Assembly (NCBI GenBank): GCA_052390235.1
Contig: JBQTHB010000006.1
Span: 256,001 to 320,000 of the forward strand
Direction of reading: 5' to 3'
DNA from: Deltaproteobacteria bacterium
Lineage (GTDB): Bacteria; Desulfobacterota_D; UBA1144; Nemesobacterales; CSP1-2
DNA length: 64,000 nt
In this document: positions 36,865-46,961 of the stretch, piece after piece
Position numbering within the stretch: position 1 is the first letter of the stretch
How the letters are laid out: every line of letters starts with the position of its first letter
Translations under genes and position numbers: made by a program
The notes under the pieces: generated by a model
What the model saw: only the letters and a program-made list of their open reading frames with translations
Told to the model about the DNA's origin: nothing
The model's database searches: none

Positions 36865-37635
36865 TTAGCTACGCGCCTGTTCGTATTTATCCGCCGCTCC
36901 CACCCAGGCGTTATAGCCCGTCTTCTCAAGCTCGAGGGCGAGTTCCCTGCCGCCGGATTTCACTATCCGCCCCTCGACGAGAACATGCACATAGTCGGGA
37001 ACTATATAATCGAGCAGACGCTGATAGTGTGTGATAACGAGAAAGCTCCTCTCAGGGCTTCTCATGGAATTCACCCCTTTCGCGACGACTTTCAGCGCGT
37101 CTATATCGAGACCAGAATCGGTTTCATCCAAGATGCAGAGCCTAGGCTCAAGCACAGCCATCTGAAATATCTCGTTGCGCTTCTTCTCGCCCCCCGAAAA
37201 TCCCTCGTTCACGGAGCGCTGAAGGAGGCTATCGTCCATATCGAGCAGTTTCATCCGCCCCTTGACCATCTTGATAAACTCCACGTGCTTGTAGGGTTCA
37301 AGCCCCTTGTACTTGCGCACGGAATTGAGGGCTTCTCTGAGGAAATAGGTATTGGCGACGCCCGGAATCTCCACCGGATACTGAAACGCCATAAAAATCC
37401 CCTCGCAGGCGCGCTCTTCGGGAGCGAGTTCAAGGAGGCTTTTGCCGTTATAGAGGATGTCGCCCTCGGTTATTTCATAGGTCTGTCTGCCGGATAGAAT
37501 CTGCGCGAGAGTGCTTTTACCGGAGCCGTTTGGCCCCATGATGGAATGCACCTGGCCGCTGCCGATTTTCAAATTTAGCCCTTTCAATATTTCTTTATCC
37601 CCGACCTTTACGCGGAGATTAATAATTTCAAGCAT
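36865..37635 (-). CDS. sufC: Fe-S cluster assembly ATPase SufC
   Basis: GPNGSGKST, FQYPVEIPG, GFSGGEKKRNE, DETDSGLDID. Confidence 0.97.
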   Translation of the reverse strand: MLEIINLRVKVGDKEILKGLNLKIGSGQVHSIMGPNGSGKSTLAQILSGRQTYEITEGDILYNGKSLLELAPEERACEGIFMAFQYPVEIPGVANTYFLREALNSVRKYKGLEPYKHVEFIKMVKGRMKLLDMDDSLLQRSVNEGFSGGEKKRNEIFQMAVLEPRLCILDETDSGLDIDALKVVAKGVNSMRSPERSFLVITHYQRLLDYIVPDYVHVLVEGRIVKSGGRELALELEKTGYNAWVGAADKYEQARS

Positions 37636-37729
37636 AAACCCCTCCTTATGGTGATTGAGACGCGCCGAGACGGGCGCATGAACCCGAATTTATTAAATTG
37701 AATTTTCCCGCGAGGATTTCCCCTGCCGG

Positions 37730-39166
37730 CTAGCCCACGCTCCCCTCAAGACTGATTCCCAGAAGCCTCTCCGCCTCTAGGGCGAATTCAAAGGGAAGCT
37801 CCCTGAACACTTCCTTGCAGAAGCCGTTTACGATGAGCGACACGGCGTCCTCAGCCGAAAGTCCCCTCTGCTGGCAGTAGAAAATCTGGTCTTCGCCGAT
37901 TTTCGAGGTAGTCGCCTCGTGTTCCATCCGGGCAGTGGAGTTGTTGACCTCGATGTAGGGGAAGGTGTGAGCGCCGCACTTATCCCCAATAAGCATGGAG
38001 TCGCACTGGGTGTAGTTCCTCGCCCCTTCGGCGTTTTTGCCCACCTCGACGAGCCCACGGTAGGTGTTCTGGCCAAATCCGGCGGAAATCCCCTTGGAGA
38101 CGATGGTACTGCTCGTGTTCCTGCCGACGTGGATCATCTTCGTGCCGGTGTCCGCCTGCTGGCGGTTATTGGCAAGGGCAACGGAGTAGAACTCGCCGAC
38201 TGAGTTATCGCCCTCGAGAATGCAACTGGGATATTTCCACGTTATCGCAGAGCCGGTTTCAACCTGCGTCCAAGAGATACGGGAGCTTTTGCCGAGGCAT
38301 CTGCCGCGCTTGGTTACGAAGTTGTAAATCCCGCCCCTGCCCTCTTTATCGCCGGGATACCAGTTCTGGATGGTCGAATATTTTATCGTCGCGCTCTCGT
38401 GGGCTACTAGCTCCACCACAGCGGCGTGAAGCTGATGCTCGCTCCTCTTGGGCGCGGTGCATCCCTCAAGGTAGCTCACGTAGCTCTGGTCTTCGGCAAC
38501 GATGAGGGTGCGCTCGAATTGCCCTGTGTTCTCGGCATTGATACGGAAATAGGTTGATAGCTCCATGGGACAGCGCACTCCCTTCGGCACATATACAAAC
38601 GAGCCGTCGGTAAAAACAGCGGAGTTGAGCGCGGCAAAGAAATTATCTGTGGAGGGGACGACGAAGCCTAGATATTTTTTGACCAAATCTGGATACTCGT
38701 GGACGGCTTCGGAGATGGAGCAGAAGATTATCCCAAGCTCGGCTAATTTCTCTTTAAAAGTCGTGATGAGCGACACGCTGTCGAACACGGCATCCACGGC
38801 AACGCCGGAGAGCATTTTCTGCTCTTCAAGCGGGATTCCGAGCTTGTTGTAGGTTGCCAGAAGCTCAGGGTCTATCTCATCGAGGCTGTTGGGCTTTACT
38901 TTGTGCTTCGGGGCGGCGTAGTAGCTTATCCCCTGATAGTTTATCGGCTCGTAGCGGACGTTGTGCCACTTCGGCTCTTTCATCGTGAGCCAATGGCGAT
39001 ATGCCTTGAGCCTCCAGTCAAGTAGCCACTCAGGCTCGTTTTTCTTGCTCGATATTAGGCGTATCGTATCCTCGCCGAGACCTATTGGGGCAATCTCCTG
39101 CTCAATGTCCGTAACGAAGCCGTATTTATACTCTTGGCTCGTCAATTCATCAAAATTAACGCTCAT
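37730..39166 (-). CDS. sufB: Fe-S cluster assembly protein SufB
   Basis: [38 protein letters not shown]. Confidence 0.97.
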   Translation of the reverse strand: MSVNFDELTSQEYKYGFVTDIEQEIAPIGLGEDTIRLISSKKNEPEWLLDWRLKAYRHWLTMKEPKWHNVRYEPINYQGISYYAAPKHKVKPNSLDEIDPELLATYNKLGIPLEEQKMLSGVAVDAVFDSVSLITTFKEKLAELGIIFCSISEAVHEYPDLVKKYLGFVVPSTDNFFAALNSAVFTDGSFVYVPKGVRCPMELSTYFRINAENTGQFERTLIVAEDQSYVSYLEGCTAPKRSEHQLHAAVVELVAHESATIKYSTIQNWYPGDKEGRGGIYNFVTKRGRCLGKSSRISWTQVETGSAITWKYPSCILEGDNSVGEFYSVALANNRQQADTGTKMIHVGRNTSSTIVSKGISAGFGQNTYRGLVEVGKNAEGARNYTQCDSMLIGDKCGAHTFPYIEVNNSTARMEHEATTSKIGEDQIFYCQQRGLSAEDAVSLIVNGFCKEVFRELPFEFALEAERLLGISLEGSVG

Positions 39167-39167
39167 T

Positions 39168-39581
39168 TTATAGAGTCCTCCCCTTTTGGGTTATCATGTC
39201 CTGAAGCGTGGTGTTTTCAAGTATTTTTATCATAGAAACCTGCATCTTGTCCCAGACCGGAATCTGGGGACAGCTCTCATAAAGCGCGCAGATGGTGTCC
39301 GCATCCATGCAGTCAATTGTCTTAATATCCCCTTCGATGGCCTCGTAAATGTCGCGCAGTTTTATCTGTTCCGGGGATTTTCTGAGCGTGTAGCCGCCGT
39401 CCGGCCCAACGGCAGAGCGAACCAGCCCGCCTTTTACGAGCTTGCGCATTATTTTCGCTAGATAATCAAGCGGGATGCGCTGAGTCTCGGAGATCTGCTT
39501 CATGCTGAATCTCCCGACAGCGCCGCCGCTCATATATGTGAGCGACCTAACCGCGTAGTCTAGGGTTTTGCTTACCTGCAT
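39168..39581 (-). CDS. Rrf2 family regulator (IscR-like, three Cys)
   Basis: [29 protein letters not shown]; first gene of the suf operon. Confidence 0.88.
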   Translation of the reverse strand: MQVSKTLDYAVRSLTYMSGGAVGRFSMKQISETQRIPLDYLAKIMRKLVKGGLVRSAVGPDGGYTLRKSPEQIKLRDIYEAIEGDIKTIDCMDADTICALYESCPQIPVWDKMQVSMIKILENTTLQDMITQKGRTL

Positions 39582-39594
39582 ATCTCCACCGCCA

Positions 39595-39650
39595 ATTATG
39601 GACTCTACAAGTCCATAATAGAAATTACCATTTAGGAGTAATTCTGTCAA
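39595..39650 (-). promoter_or_regulatory. suf operon promoter with putative Rrf2 operator
   Basis: TTGACA-17-TAATTT on the minus strand; perfect inverted repeat ATTATGGACT-5-AGTCCATAAT at 39595-39619. Confidence 0.7.
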
Positions 39651-39774
39651 ATTCAGAATAATGAGACAAGGCGAGCGGAGAGCCTCTTATCTCAGAGCCT
39701 TAGAGTCTAAGAACTCTCCTTCTGCGCGCTCGGCGGCGGATTTTCGCTATTTTTCAGCCGAAGAAAAAAACCAC

Positions 39775-39823
39775 TTGACAAGATTTTCATAATTTAATAC
39801 AATGGCATGACTGACTGGTCAGT
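39775..39823 (+). promoter_or_regulatory. TetR gene promoter with operator
   Basis: TTGACA-17-TACAAT; ACTGAC-TG-GTCAGT palindrome at 39810-39823. Confidence 0.8.
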
Positions 39824-39851
39824 TCAGTTTCATCGGGGATAATATTTCAAA

Positions 39852-40484
39852 ATGGCCAAAGCAAAAGAGAGAACAGGGCAACAAACCGCAGAGGCAACAA
39901 ATAATCCGAGGCGCGCGAGCCGCATGAAAAAAATCATGCACGCAGCCGCTCATCTCTTTGCCGAAAACGGCTACCACGACGTAACCATGGAAGAAATCGC
40001 CGAGAAGGTCGGAGTCGCCAAAGGGACGATTTATCTCTACTTCGAGTCCAAAGAAAAGCTCTACCTCGAGATACTAGAAGACCGGCACGAGTCCATTGAG
40101 AATATCCTAGAGAAGGAAATCGAGAAAAACGACACCGCCCCCGAAAAGCTGAAAAAAGCGCTGAGGCTGATATTTAAATTCTACCGAGAGAACCTAGACG
40201 TGCTTCGCATCCTGAGCCGAGACGAGACGCATCTGATAAGAGAGCATTTTGAATTCACCGAACACTGGCGGCTGAGACGGATAAAACTCTACGAGAAAAT
40301 CCTGGAGAAAGGGGTATTAGAAGGCTCCATGCGCAACATCAACACGAACCTCTCGGCGCTCATAATTTTTGGGCTCGTGAGGTCTGTGATGTTTTTCTAT
40401 GACACCGACGGGGACGCCGAGAAGACAGCCGAGGAGGTTTTCTCGGTCATCGAGAAGGGGATTTTAATTCCGAGTAGCCAATAA
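39852..40484 (+). CDS. TetR/AcrR family regulator
   Basis: LFAENGY...IAEKVGVAKGTIYLYFESKEKL. Confidence 0.93.
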   Translation: MAKAKERTGQQTAEATNNPRRASRMKKIMHAAAHLFAENGYHDVTMEEIAEKVGVAKGTIYLYFESKEKLYLEILEDRHESIENILEKEIEKNDTAPEKLKKALRLIFKFYRENLDVLRILSRDETHLIREHFEFTEHWRLRRIKLYEKILEKGVLEGSMRNINTNLSALIIFGLVRSVMFFYDTDGDAEKTAEEVFSVIEKGILIPSSQ

Positions 40485-40556
40485 AATTTATTCAATGAGA
40501 GAGATTTTTATGTTGTACACACAAAACAATCAACACACATCAAGGAGGTATAGGCA

Positions 40557-41735
40557 ATGAAATACCCGTTCAGTAAGAGAATCGAGCATTTTGCCCCGCC
40601 CAAGCAGTGGGCAAGCATGAGAATCGCAAAAGAGCTTGAAAGAACCACCGGCAAGAAAATAATCCATTTCGAGAAGGGCGACTATCAGGGTCCCGATTTC
40701 TACACCCCCGACCATATGCTCGAAGCCACGGTGAAGGCGCTCAAGGACGGATACGTCAGATATGACCCGGGCCCAGGGCTTCCCGAACTCAGAGAAGCCA
40801 TCGCCGACGAGGTTACAAAGCGCGGCAGGCCCACGACCCCAGAGGAGGTCATCGTTACCGCTGGAGCGAAGCAGTCGCTAAATATGTCCCTTCTGACGTT
40901 CCTCGAAGACGGCGACGAGGTCATTTTCCCCAATCCCGGTTATCCGCCCGACGAGGTTTGGGCAAAGTACGCCAGCGCCACCATTAAGCACACGCCCCTT
41001 ACAAAGCCCGACTGGCAATTCGACATTGAGAAGCTCGATAAAATGATTACATCGAAGACAAAGCTCCTCATCATCAACACCCCTCAGAGACCGAACGGGC
41101 ACTTGGTTGATAACCCCGAAGAAATCGCCGCGCTCTGCCTCAAGCACCCGAATCTCATGGTCATAACCGATGAGATATTCTCCCACGTAACCTACGACGG
41201 CAAGCCCCACAGGAGCATCTCCGCAGTCCCCGGCATGGCAGATAGAACCATTATAATTGACACATTCTCTAAAACCTACGCCATGACCGGATGGAGAATC
41301 GGCTGGTCGGTAGCACCAAAGCCCATAATTGACAAGCTCTCCATATTCCTTCAGGACACGATAACAAACGTCGCCGCGTTCATCCAAAAAGCCGCCTACG
41401 CCGCCATCACCGGCCCTCAGGATTGGGTCGAACACAAGAGACTCCTGCTCCAGAGGAAAAGAGACCTCATGGTAGCCGGTCTCAATTCAATCCCCGGCGT
41501 CAAGTGCGACACCCCTTCGGGCGCGTTCTACGCCTTCCCCGATATTACAGGAACGGGGCTTACATCCCAAGAATTTACAAACGTGCTTATGGAGACCGTA
41601 GGAGTAGCCGTCGTCGCCGGAACGGCTTTCGGAAGCCAGGGCGAGGGATACGTGAGAGTAACCTATGCCGTGGCAGACGAGGACATTGAAGAAGGAATCA
41701 GACGCATGAAGCAGGCAAACCTCAAAGCGGCATAA
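40557..41735 (+). CDS. PLP-dependent class I/II aminotransferase
   Basis: GLPELREAIA, DEIF, FSKTYAMTGWRIG, GAFYAF. Confidence 0.92.
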   Translation: MKYPFSKRIEHFAPPKQWASMRIAKELERTTGKKIIHFEKGDYQGPDFYTPDHMLEATVKALKDGYVRYDPGPGLPELREAIADEVTKRGRPTTPEEVIVTAGAKQSLNMSLLTFLEDGDEVIFPNPGYPPDEVWAKYASATIKHTPLTKPDWQFDIEKLDKMITSKTKLLIINTPQRPNGHLVDNPEEIAALCLKHPNLMVITDEIFSHVTYDGKPHRSISAVPGMADRTIIIDTFSKTYAMTGWRIGWSVAPKPIIDKLSIFLQDTITNVAAFIQKAAYAAITGPQDWVEHKRLLLQRKRDLMVAGLNSIPGVKCDTPSGAFYAFPDITGTGLTSQEFTNVLMETVGVAVVAGTAFGSQGEGYVRVTYAVADEDIEEGIRRMKQANLKAA

Positions 41736-41793
41736 ACCGCCAATTGTCTGCCGGGCTATTAATTTCCACGGGGGCTACTCTAGCGCGAGCAAC

Positions 41794-42252
41794 TCACTCT
41801 AGGGTAGCCTTCCCCCAAAAGGTAATCTTCGCCATCGTGATTTTTATTACGGGGAGACCCAACGAGGGGAGGTTCATCTCCTCATATTGGCTATATTTCC
41901 CGGCAAGAAGCCCAAGCACTCTCTCGTATTCCCGTCCCCGATGAAGCATCCGGGCATCGCCCCGAATGAGCGCGTACCCGATTCTTGCCCAGTCCTCGTC
42001 ATAGCGGTCAACGAGGACGGCGACTTTGGGATTTTCAATGATGTTTCTCACCCTGCGGAGTTCTAAAGCTGAGGCGCTCTTGGGTTTTGCGTCTATCGGC
42101 GTATATAGGAATCCATCGTCGCAGACAAAGCAAATTGGCACAACCGAGGGCGCGCCGGACTTATCCGCCGTGGCAAATCTGGCGATTCTTGCCCGTTTTA
42201 TAAATTCCAACTCGCCGCCGGACGCGCCCAGCATCCCCCCACGCTCCTTCAA
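41794..42252 (-). CDS. PPOX-class (pyridoxamine 5'-phosphate oxidase-like, F420-dependent type) protein
   Basis: ARFATAD, VVPICF, YTPIDAKPK, LRRVRNI, VDRYDEDW. Confidence 0.8.
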   Translation of the reverse strand: MKERGGMLGASGGELEFIKRARIARFATADKSGAPSVVPICFVCDDGFLYTPIDAKPKSASALELRRVRNIIENPKVAVLVDRYDEDWARIGYALIRGDARMLHRGREYERVLGLLAGKYSQYEEMNLPSLGLPVIKITMAKITFWGKATLE

Positions 42253-42341
42253 ACTTGAATAATTGAGAATGTAATCTATAATAGTGAGCCTATATTTTAC
42301 ACAGAGAAAACCGGTGTACTGCCAGTTTTCAGCAGATTGAT

Positions 42342-43283
42342 ATGCAAAATACCAAAATTTTCAGCGGCACTTCAAATGTCCCGCTCGCCGATGCCGTATG
42401 TAAATACCTAGGGGTTCAGCGGGGTAAAGCCGAAATCGAGAGGTTCAGCGACGGAGAATTCCGCGTTGATGTATCGGAGAGCGTGCGCGGCTCAAGCGTG
42501 TTCGTAATACAGTCAACCTGCCCGCCTGTGAACGAGAATATCATGGAGCTTCTCATCATTACGGACGCCATGAAAAGGGCTTCGGCGGCTTCGATTACCG
42601 CCGTTATCCCATATTACGGATACGCCCGCCAGGACAGGAAAGCCCAGCCCAGAGCGCCGATAACGGCAAAACTCGTCGCCGACATTATAGCCAAAGCCGG
42701 AGTGAACAGGGTCATCACAGTTGACCTGCACGCGGGGCAGATTCAGGGCTTTTTTGATGTTCCAGTTGACCATCTCTTTGCCCTGCCCGTGCTGAATAGC
42801 TATATCCGCTCTAATTATAGCAAAGAGGAGCTTGTCGTGGTCTCCCCGGATGCCGGAGGGATGGAGAGAGCCGGGGAATACGCCAAGAGGCTCGATGTGC
42901 CTATCGCCGTCGCATACAAAAAACGCACCGAGCCGAATGTGGCGAAAATCACCCACGTCATCGGAGACGTAGAGGGAAAAACCGCAGTGCTAATTGACGA
43001 CATGGTTGACACAGCGGGAACGGCAGTACAGGCGGCGGAGGCTATATATAAGGAAGGGGCGAGGAGGGTTGTGCTTTGCTCGACTCATGGAGTGCTTTCC
43101 GGGAACGCCGTTGAGAGAATACGCAATTCAGTTCTCGAAGAGGTCATTATCACCGACACCGTGCCGCCTAGAGAGGAAACTCTCTGTTGCAGTAAGATTA
43201 AAGTCCTCACCATCTCAGAGCTTCTCGGCGAGGCGATAAGAAGAATAGTCTTTGGAAAACCTATCAACACTTTATTTTCATAA
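42342..43283 (+). CDS. prs: Ribose-phosphate pyrophosphokinase
   Basis: FSDGE, YGYARQDRK, DLHAGQIQGFF, DDMVDTAGT. Confidence 0.97.
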   Translation: MQNTKIFSGTSNVPLADAVCKYLGVQRGKAEIERFSDGEFRVDVSESVRGSSVFVIQSTCPPVNENIMELLIITDAMKRASAASITAVIPYYGYARQDRKAQPRAPITAKLVADIIAKAGVNRVITVDLHAGQIQGFFDVPVDHLFALPVLNSYIRSNYSKEELVVVSPDAGGMERAGEYAKRLDVPIAVAYKKRTEPNVAKITHVIGDVEGKTAVLIDDMVDTAGTAVQAAEAIYKEGARRVVLCSTHGVLSGNAVERIRNSVLEEVIITDTVPPREETLCCSKIKVLTISELLGEAIRRIVFGKPINTLFS

Positions 43284-43309
43284 AATAATTATAGAAGGAG
43301 TTAAAAGCC

Positions 43310-43939
43310 ATGGCTCAGAGCGTTTTATTGGCATCAGTAAGAAAAGAACTCGGCAAGTCCGCGGTTAAAAAAATCAGAAATGCGGGACTACTCCCCGCAG
43401 TGCTTTACGGCAGAGAGACAGAAGCCGTATCGCTGACATTGAGCATTGCCGACCTCAAAGCGGCCCTCTCTACCGAGGCTGGAGAGAACACCCTCCTAGA
43501 GCTTCGGGTCAGGGGCGAAGCCGGAGAAATCACCAAGCTCGCCCTTCTGCGCAGCACGCAGTTTAATTATCTCACGAGCAAGCCCATACACTTCGATTTT
43601 CAGGAAGTCTCTATGAGAGAAAAGCTCACCGTGAAGATTCCCATTAAAATCACCGGAAAAGCGCCCGGCGTAAAAGAAGGCGGCATCCTCGAAGAGATAC
43701 ACAGGGAAATCGAAATTGAGTGCTTTCCCACGGACATTCCAAACTCCATCGAGGTTGACATCTCCTCGCTCGGCATCGGAGATTCAATTCACGTCAGAGA
43801 CCTCGCCGTCTCAGATAAAATTACCCTGCTCCTAGACGCAGACGAGACAGTCATTACCGTTCTCTCGACGAAACCCGAAGACGAAGCAAAAGCCGCAGGC
43901 GAGACTCCGGCAGGCGCGGAAGTCAAGAGCGATAAATAG
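43310..43939 (+). CDS. rplY: 50S ribosomal protein L25/Ctc
   Basis: GK..KKIR..G.LPAVLYG, HFDF, GVKEGG; prs-rplY-pth synteny. Confidence 0.93.
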   Translation: MAQSVLLASVRKELGKSAVKKIRNAGLLPAVLYGRETEAVSLTLSIADLKAALSTEAGENTLLELRVRGEAGEITKLALLRSTQFNYLTSKPIHFDFQEVSMREKLTVKIPIKITGKAPGVKEGGILEEIHREIEIECFPTDIPNSIEVDISSLGIGDSIHVRDLAVSDKITLLLDADETVITVLSTKPEDEAKAAGETPAGAEVKSDK

Positions 43940-43953
43940 CGGTAGCCAAGGCT

Positions 43954-44535
43954 ATGATACTCGTCGTGGGGCTTGGAAATCCTGGCCGAGAGTACTCGGC
44001 GTCAAAGCACAACGTCGGATTTATGGTTCTCGATGCCCTGCTAGAGAGATTCCGCATCGCCTCCGTAAAGAAGGGGTTTAGCGGCTTATTCGGGGAGGCT
44101 ACGGTCGCAGAGCAGAGGGTGATGCTCCTTAAGCCGCAGACATATATGAATTTAAGCGGCGCATCGGTGTCAGAGGCATCGCAGTTTTTTAAAATCCCCG
44201 CAGAGAACATAATTTCCGTCTATGATGAGATGGATTTAGCCCTTGGGGTCATCAAAATAAAATTAGGCGGCGGGAGCGCGGGACACAGAGGGGTCGAATC
44301 CATCAGGGCGCGCCTTGGGAGCGATAAATTCACGAGGGTAAGGGTCGGGATAGGAAAGCCTCGGCAGGGGGGCGACACCACGAGCCATGTTCTGTCGGGG
44401 TTCGCAAGAGACGAGCGGCGGATAATTGACGAAGCCACCCTGAGAGCGGCGGATGCGGTAGTGGAAATCATCGAAAACGGCGCGGCGGCGGCGATGAATA
44501 AATTCAACCAAAAGCAGGACACCGAATCCAAATAA
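43954..44535 (+). CDS. pth: Peptidyl-tRNA hydrolase
   Basis: VGLGNPG, HNVGF, KPQTYMNLSG, GGSAGHRG. Confidence 0.95.
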   Translation: MILVVGLGNPGREYSASKHNVGFMVLDALLERFRIASVKKGFSGLFGEATVAEQRVMLLKPQTYMNLSGASVSEASQFFKIPAENIISVYDEMDLALGVIKIKLGGGSAGHRGVESIRARLGSDKFTRVRVGIGKPRQGGDTTSHVLSGFARDERRIIDEATLRAADAVVEIIENGAAAAMNKFNQKQDTESK

Positions 44536-44568
44536 AATTTATGGTATATTTCACAGTCTAAAATTTAT

Positions 44569-44621
44569 GTTCGTTACTCTGAGACAGAGCGCCTCAGGGT
44601 CGGAAAGCCCAAAACGGAGGT
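44569..44621 (+). promoter_or_regulatory. Putative S6:S18-binding rpsF leader RNA
   Basis: TTCGTT pairs with AACGGA overlapping the SD; inner stem ACTCTGAG/CTCAGGGT; unpaired CCC before the SD. Confidence 0.5.
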
Positions 44622-44630
44622 TTTATCTAT

Positions 44631-44987
44631 ATGGTTAAAGGAAATTATTACGAGACTCTATATCTGTTCAGACCAGATATTAGAGAAGACGAGCTAAAGA
44701 AGGTTCAGGATAAGCTCAACGAAGCCCTAGGGCATCACGAGGCTGAGGTATTTAAATGGGAGAAATGGTCGGAAAGAGACCTCGCCTACCCAATTGATAA
44801 GTACATCAGGGGGATTTACTACATTATCGTGTATAAGGCGGCTACGGGAATCGTCGCGGAGATGGAGAAGAATCTGAGATTTTTCAACACCGACGTGCTG
44901 AGATTTATAACCGTCAAAATAAAAGAGGACGCCGCCCTGAGGGAAAAGGCTTCTTCGGCAAATCAAACGCAGGAAGGAGGCGAATAA
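44631..44987 (+). CDS. rpsF: 30S ribosomal protein S6
   Basis: YETLYLFRPD, W..RDLAYPI, VLRF. Confidence 0.92.
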   Translation: MVKGNYYETLYLFRPDIREDELKKVQDKLNEALGHHEAEVFKWEKWSERDLAYPIDKYIRGIYYIIVYKAATGIVAEMEKNLRFFNTDVLRFITVKIKEDAALREKASSANQTQEGGE

Positions 44988-44990
44988 GCT

Positions 44991-45230
44991 ATGGAAAATC
45001 CAAGAGATAAGAGGTTTTTTGTAAAGAGAAAAGTGTGTAAGTTCTGCACCGAAAGCGTGGAGATGGACTATAAAAACGCGGATCTCCTATCGGATTTCAT
45101 AAACGACAGGAAAAAAATCTCCCCGCGCAGAAGCTCCGGGGTCTGCGCCCCGTGCCAGAGGAGATTAGCCGTGGTGATTAAGCGCGCCCGACTTATGGCT
45201 CTTCTGCCCTATACCGTGCTTCACCGCTAA
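44991..45230 (+). CDS. rpsR: 30S ribosomal protein S18 (Zn-binding type)
   Basis: RKVCKFC, DYKN, IKRARLMALLPY. Confidence 0.95.
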   Translation: MENPRDKRFFVKRKVCKFCTESVEMDYKNADLLSDFINDRKKISPRRSSGVCAPCQRRLAVVIKRARLMALLPYTVLHR

Positions 45231-45332
45231 GAGCGCGGGAGGCGCAAAGCCCATCCCCCCCACCCATTAGGCGCGGAGGGATAAGCCCCATGAGACATTA
45301 TCAAATTAGAGAATTTTGGAGGTATAAACTCA

Positions 45333-45779
45333 ATGAAAATAATACTTTTAGATGATTTGGATAAAATTGGCAGACGCGGCGAAACGGTAGAGGTAAAAAA
45401 CGGATTTGCGCGCAATTTCCTTTTTCCGAAGAAACTCGCCATTGTAGCCACAGCCGGGAACATGAAAGTGTGGGAGAGCCAGAGGGAATCGCTGATTAAA
45501 AAAGCGGTTAAAGCCAAGGAAGAGGCCCTCTCGCTCGCCGAGCTTCTGAAAAATACTGACTGCAAGATTCCCGCCCGCGCCGGGGAAGAGAACAGGCTAT
45601 TCGGTTCGATAACCCCTCAGCACATATCCGAGGCGCTATCGAAGCTCGGCTTCAATATCTCGAAAAAGAGCGTGGGCATCGAAGCCCCGATAAAAACGCT
45701 CGGCTCTCACGAGGTTAAGATTAAGCTCCATGCCAGTGTTTCAGTTGATTTCAAAGTGGAAGTTGTAAAAGCAAGCTAA
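45333..45779 (+). CDS. rplI: 50S ribosomal protein L9
   Basis: MKIILL, VKNGFARNFLFP, LFGSIT. Confidence 0.95.
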   Translation: MKIILLDDLDKIGRRGETVEVKNGFARNFLFPKKLAIVATAGNMKVWESQRESLIKKAVKAKEEALSLAELLKNTDCKIPARAGEENRLFGSITPQHISEALSKLGFNISKKSVGIEAPIKTLGSHEVKIKLHASVSVDFKVEVVKAS

Positions 45780-45805
45780 ATAGAAATCAAAATCAAGAGA
45801 GTCCA

Positions 45806-45860
45806 AGAGAGACGACTCCACCCCAAAAAAAAGGGAAAGAGCGTCTCTCTTTTTATTTTT
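45806..45860 (+). terminator. Terminator after rplI
   Basis: AAGAGAGACG...CGTCTCTCTT followed by a T-run. Confidence 0.7.
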
Positions 45861-45938
45861 TCGCTGACTGAAGGTAGAAAAACGCGCGAATTAACGCCCT
45901 GCATCGGGGCGGTTTATCTCTTGAGGCGTCGGCCCGCT

Positions 45939-46772
45939 CTATTTTTTCTGCGGAGACGAGGTTATATCCGCCGATAGCATCTCCGTGAGCGTTACTTTTT
46001 TATACCCCGCCGGGGCTTGGAATTCCCCGTCTGCAACATCCCCCGGAGAGACTTTCGTAATTTCCTCGATGTAACTCCCCTGCCCGCCGATGGCATGGCT
46101 TACGGTCTTTGTGGGAAATCCTGAATCATAGAGGGTTTTGAATACCTTCTCCTGCTCATCGAGACCGGAGGACTGCTTGGTGGCTTTCTTTATCTCGGTC
46201 ATATAATCCGCCATTTTCTTCATATCGAGTTCCTTGTCCAGTCCCAATTCGGCGCTGACCCACACCTCTTCGCTGAGCTTGCCGTCCTCATAGACCTCGT
46301 ACTTATTGGACTTAAATCCGGCTATGGACTCGACCGCTCCGGTTTTCTTTAAATCGAGCTTCACGGGCTTGTCTTCACCCGGAAAGGATATGCCCTGAGC
46401 CTTCATATTCTGCTGGATTTTCGCCCTCTGGTCGGGGGGAAGCTGGGCGAGTTGCTTCTCAAGCTCGGTCTTCATCCGAGCCGTCGCCTCGCCGAAGAAC
46501 TTCACATAATCCTCAGGTTTCGCTACGACATATCTCCTGCCTCGATTGTCAACCTGAATCATCTCGCCGGTGTTTAAATTGAGTATGGCGAGGGTGTTGC
46601 CGTTTTCCTCCACGAATTTGATTTTATTATTCGAGATGAGAATCTTCCCCTTGGTCTTGGCATCGCTCCCCGCCTGGTATCTGACCTGATCCACTATAAG
46701 CCCCGCAAAAGCCCCCTCGGTTAGGAAGATGAGCATCACTGCCGCTAAAATATAGGAAATAATATTATTCAT
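45939..46772 (-). CDS. Secreted DUF4412-like protein
   Basis: Signal peptide, KKTG..ESIAGF, F..PAGYKK. Confidence 0.7.
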   Translation of the reverse strand: MNNIISYILAAVMLIFLTEGAFAGLIVDQVRYQAGSDAKTKGKILISNNKIKFVEENGNTLAILNLNTGEMIQVDNRGRRYVVAKPEDYVKFFGEATARMKTELEKQLAQLPPDQRAKIQQNMKAQGISFPGEDKPVKLDLKKTGAVESIAGFKSNKYEVYEDGKLSEEVWVSAELGLDKELDMKKMADYMTEIKKATKQSSGLDEQEKVFKTLYDSGFPTKTVSHAIGGQGSYIEEITKVSPGDVADGEFQAPAGYKKVTLTEMLSADITSSPQKK

Positions 46773-46961
46773 TAACTACGCCTCCTGATTTATTTGCGGA
46801 TATTCAAACTGCAATAACCGCCTATAGCTTTATGGATGAACAAACGGTTGTCAACGTTTTCTTGCGGCAACCCCTACTGCCACAGCCGCTCTATTGACGA
46901 TGATTCAATTTGTGATAGATTAACCCAAAAGGGTGTGCTTTAATAAAAGGAGGTTTTTCTA

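Noticed and set aside
42253..42341. tRNA-Gln often found upstream of prs
   Set aside because: No cloverleaf or T-loop GTTCGA motif in this short spacer.
46773..46961. TPP riboswitch upstream of thi4 (also checked upstream of thiE)
   Set aside because: The conserved CTGAGA and ACCTGA...GTAGGGA-type elements were not found.
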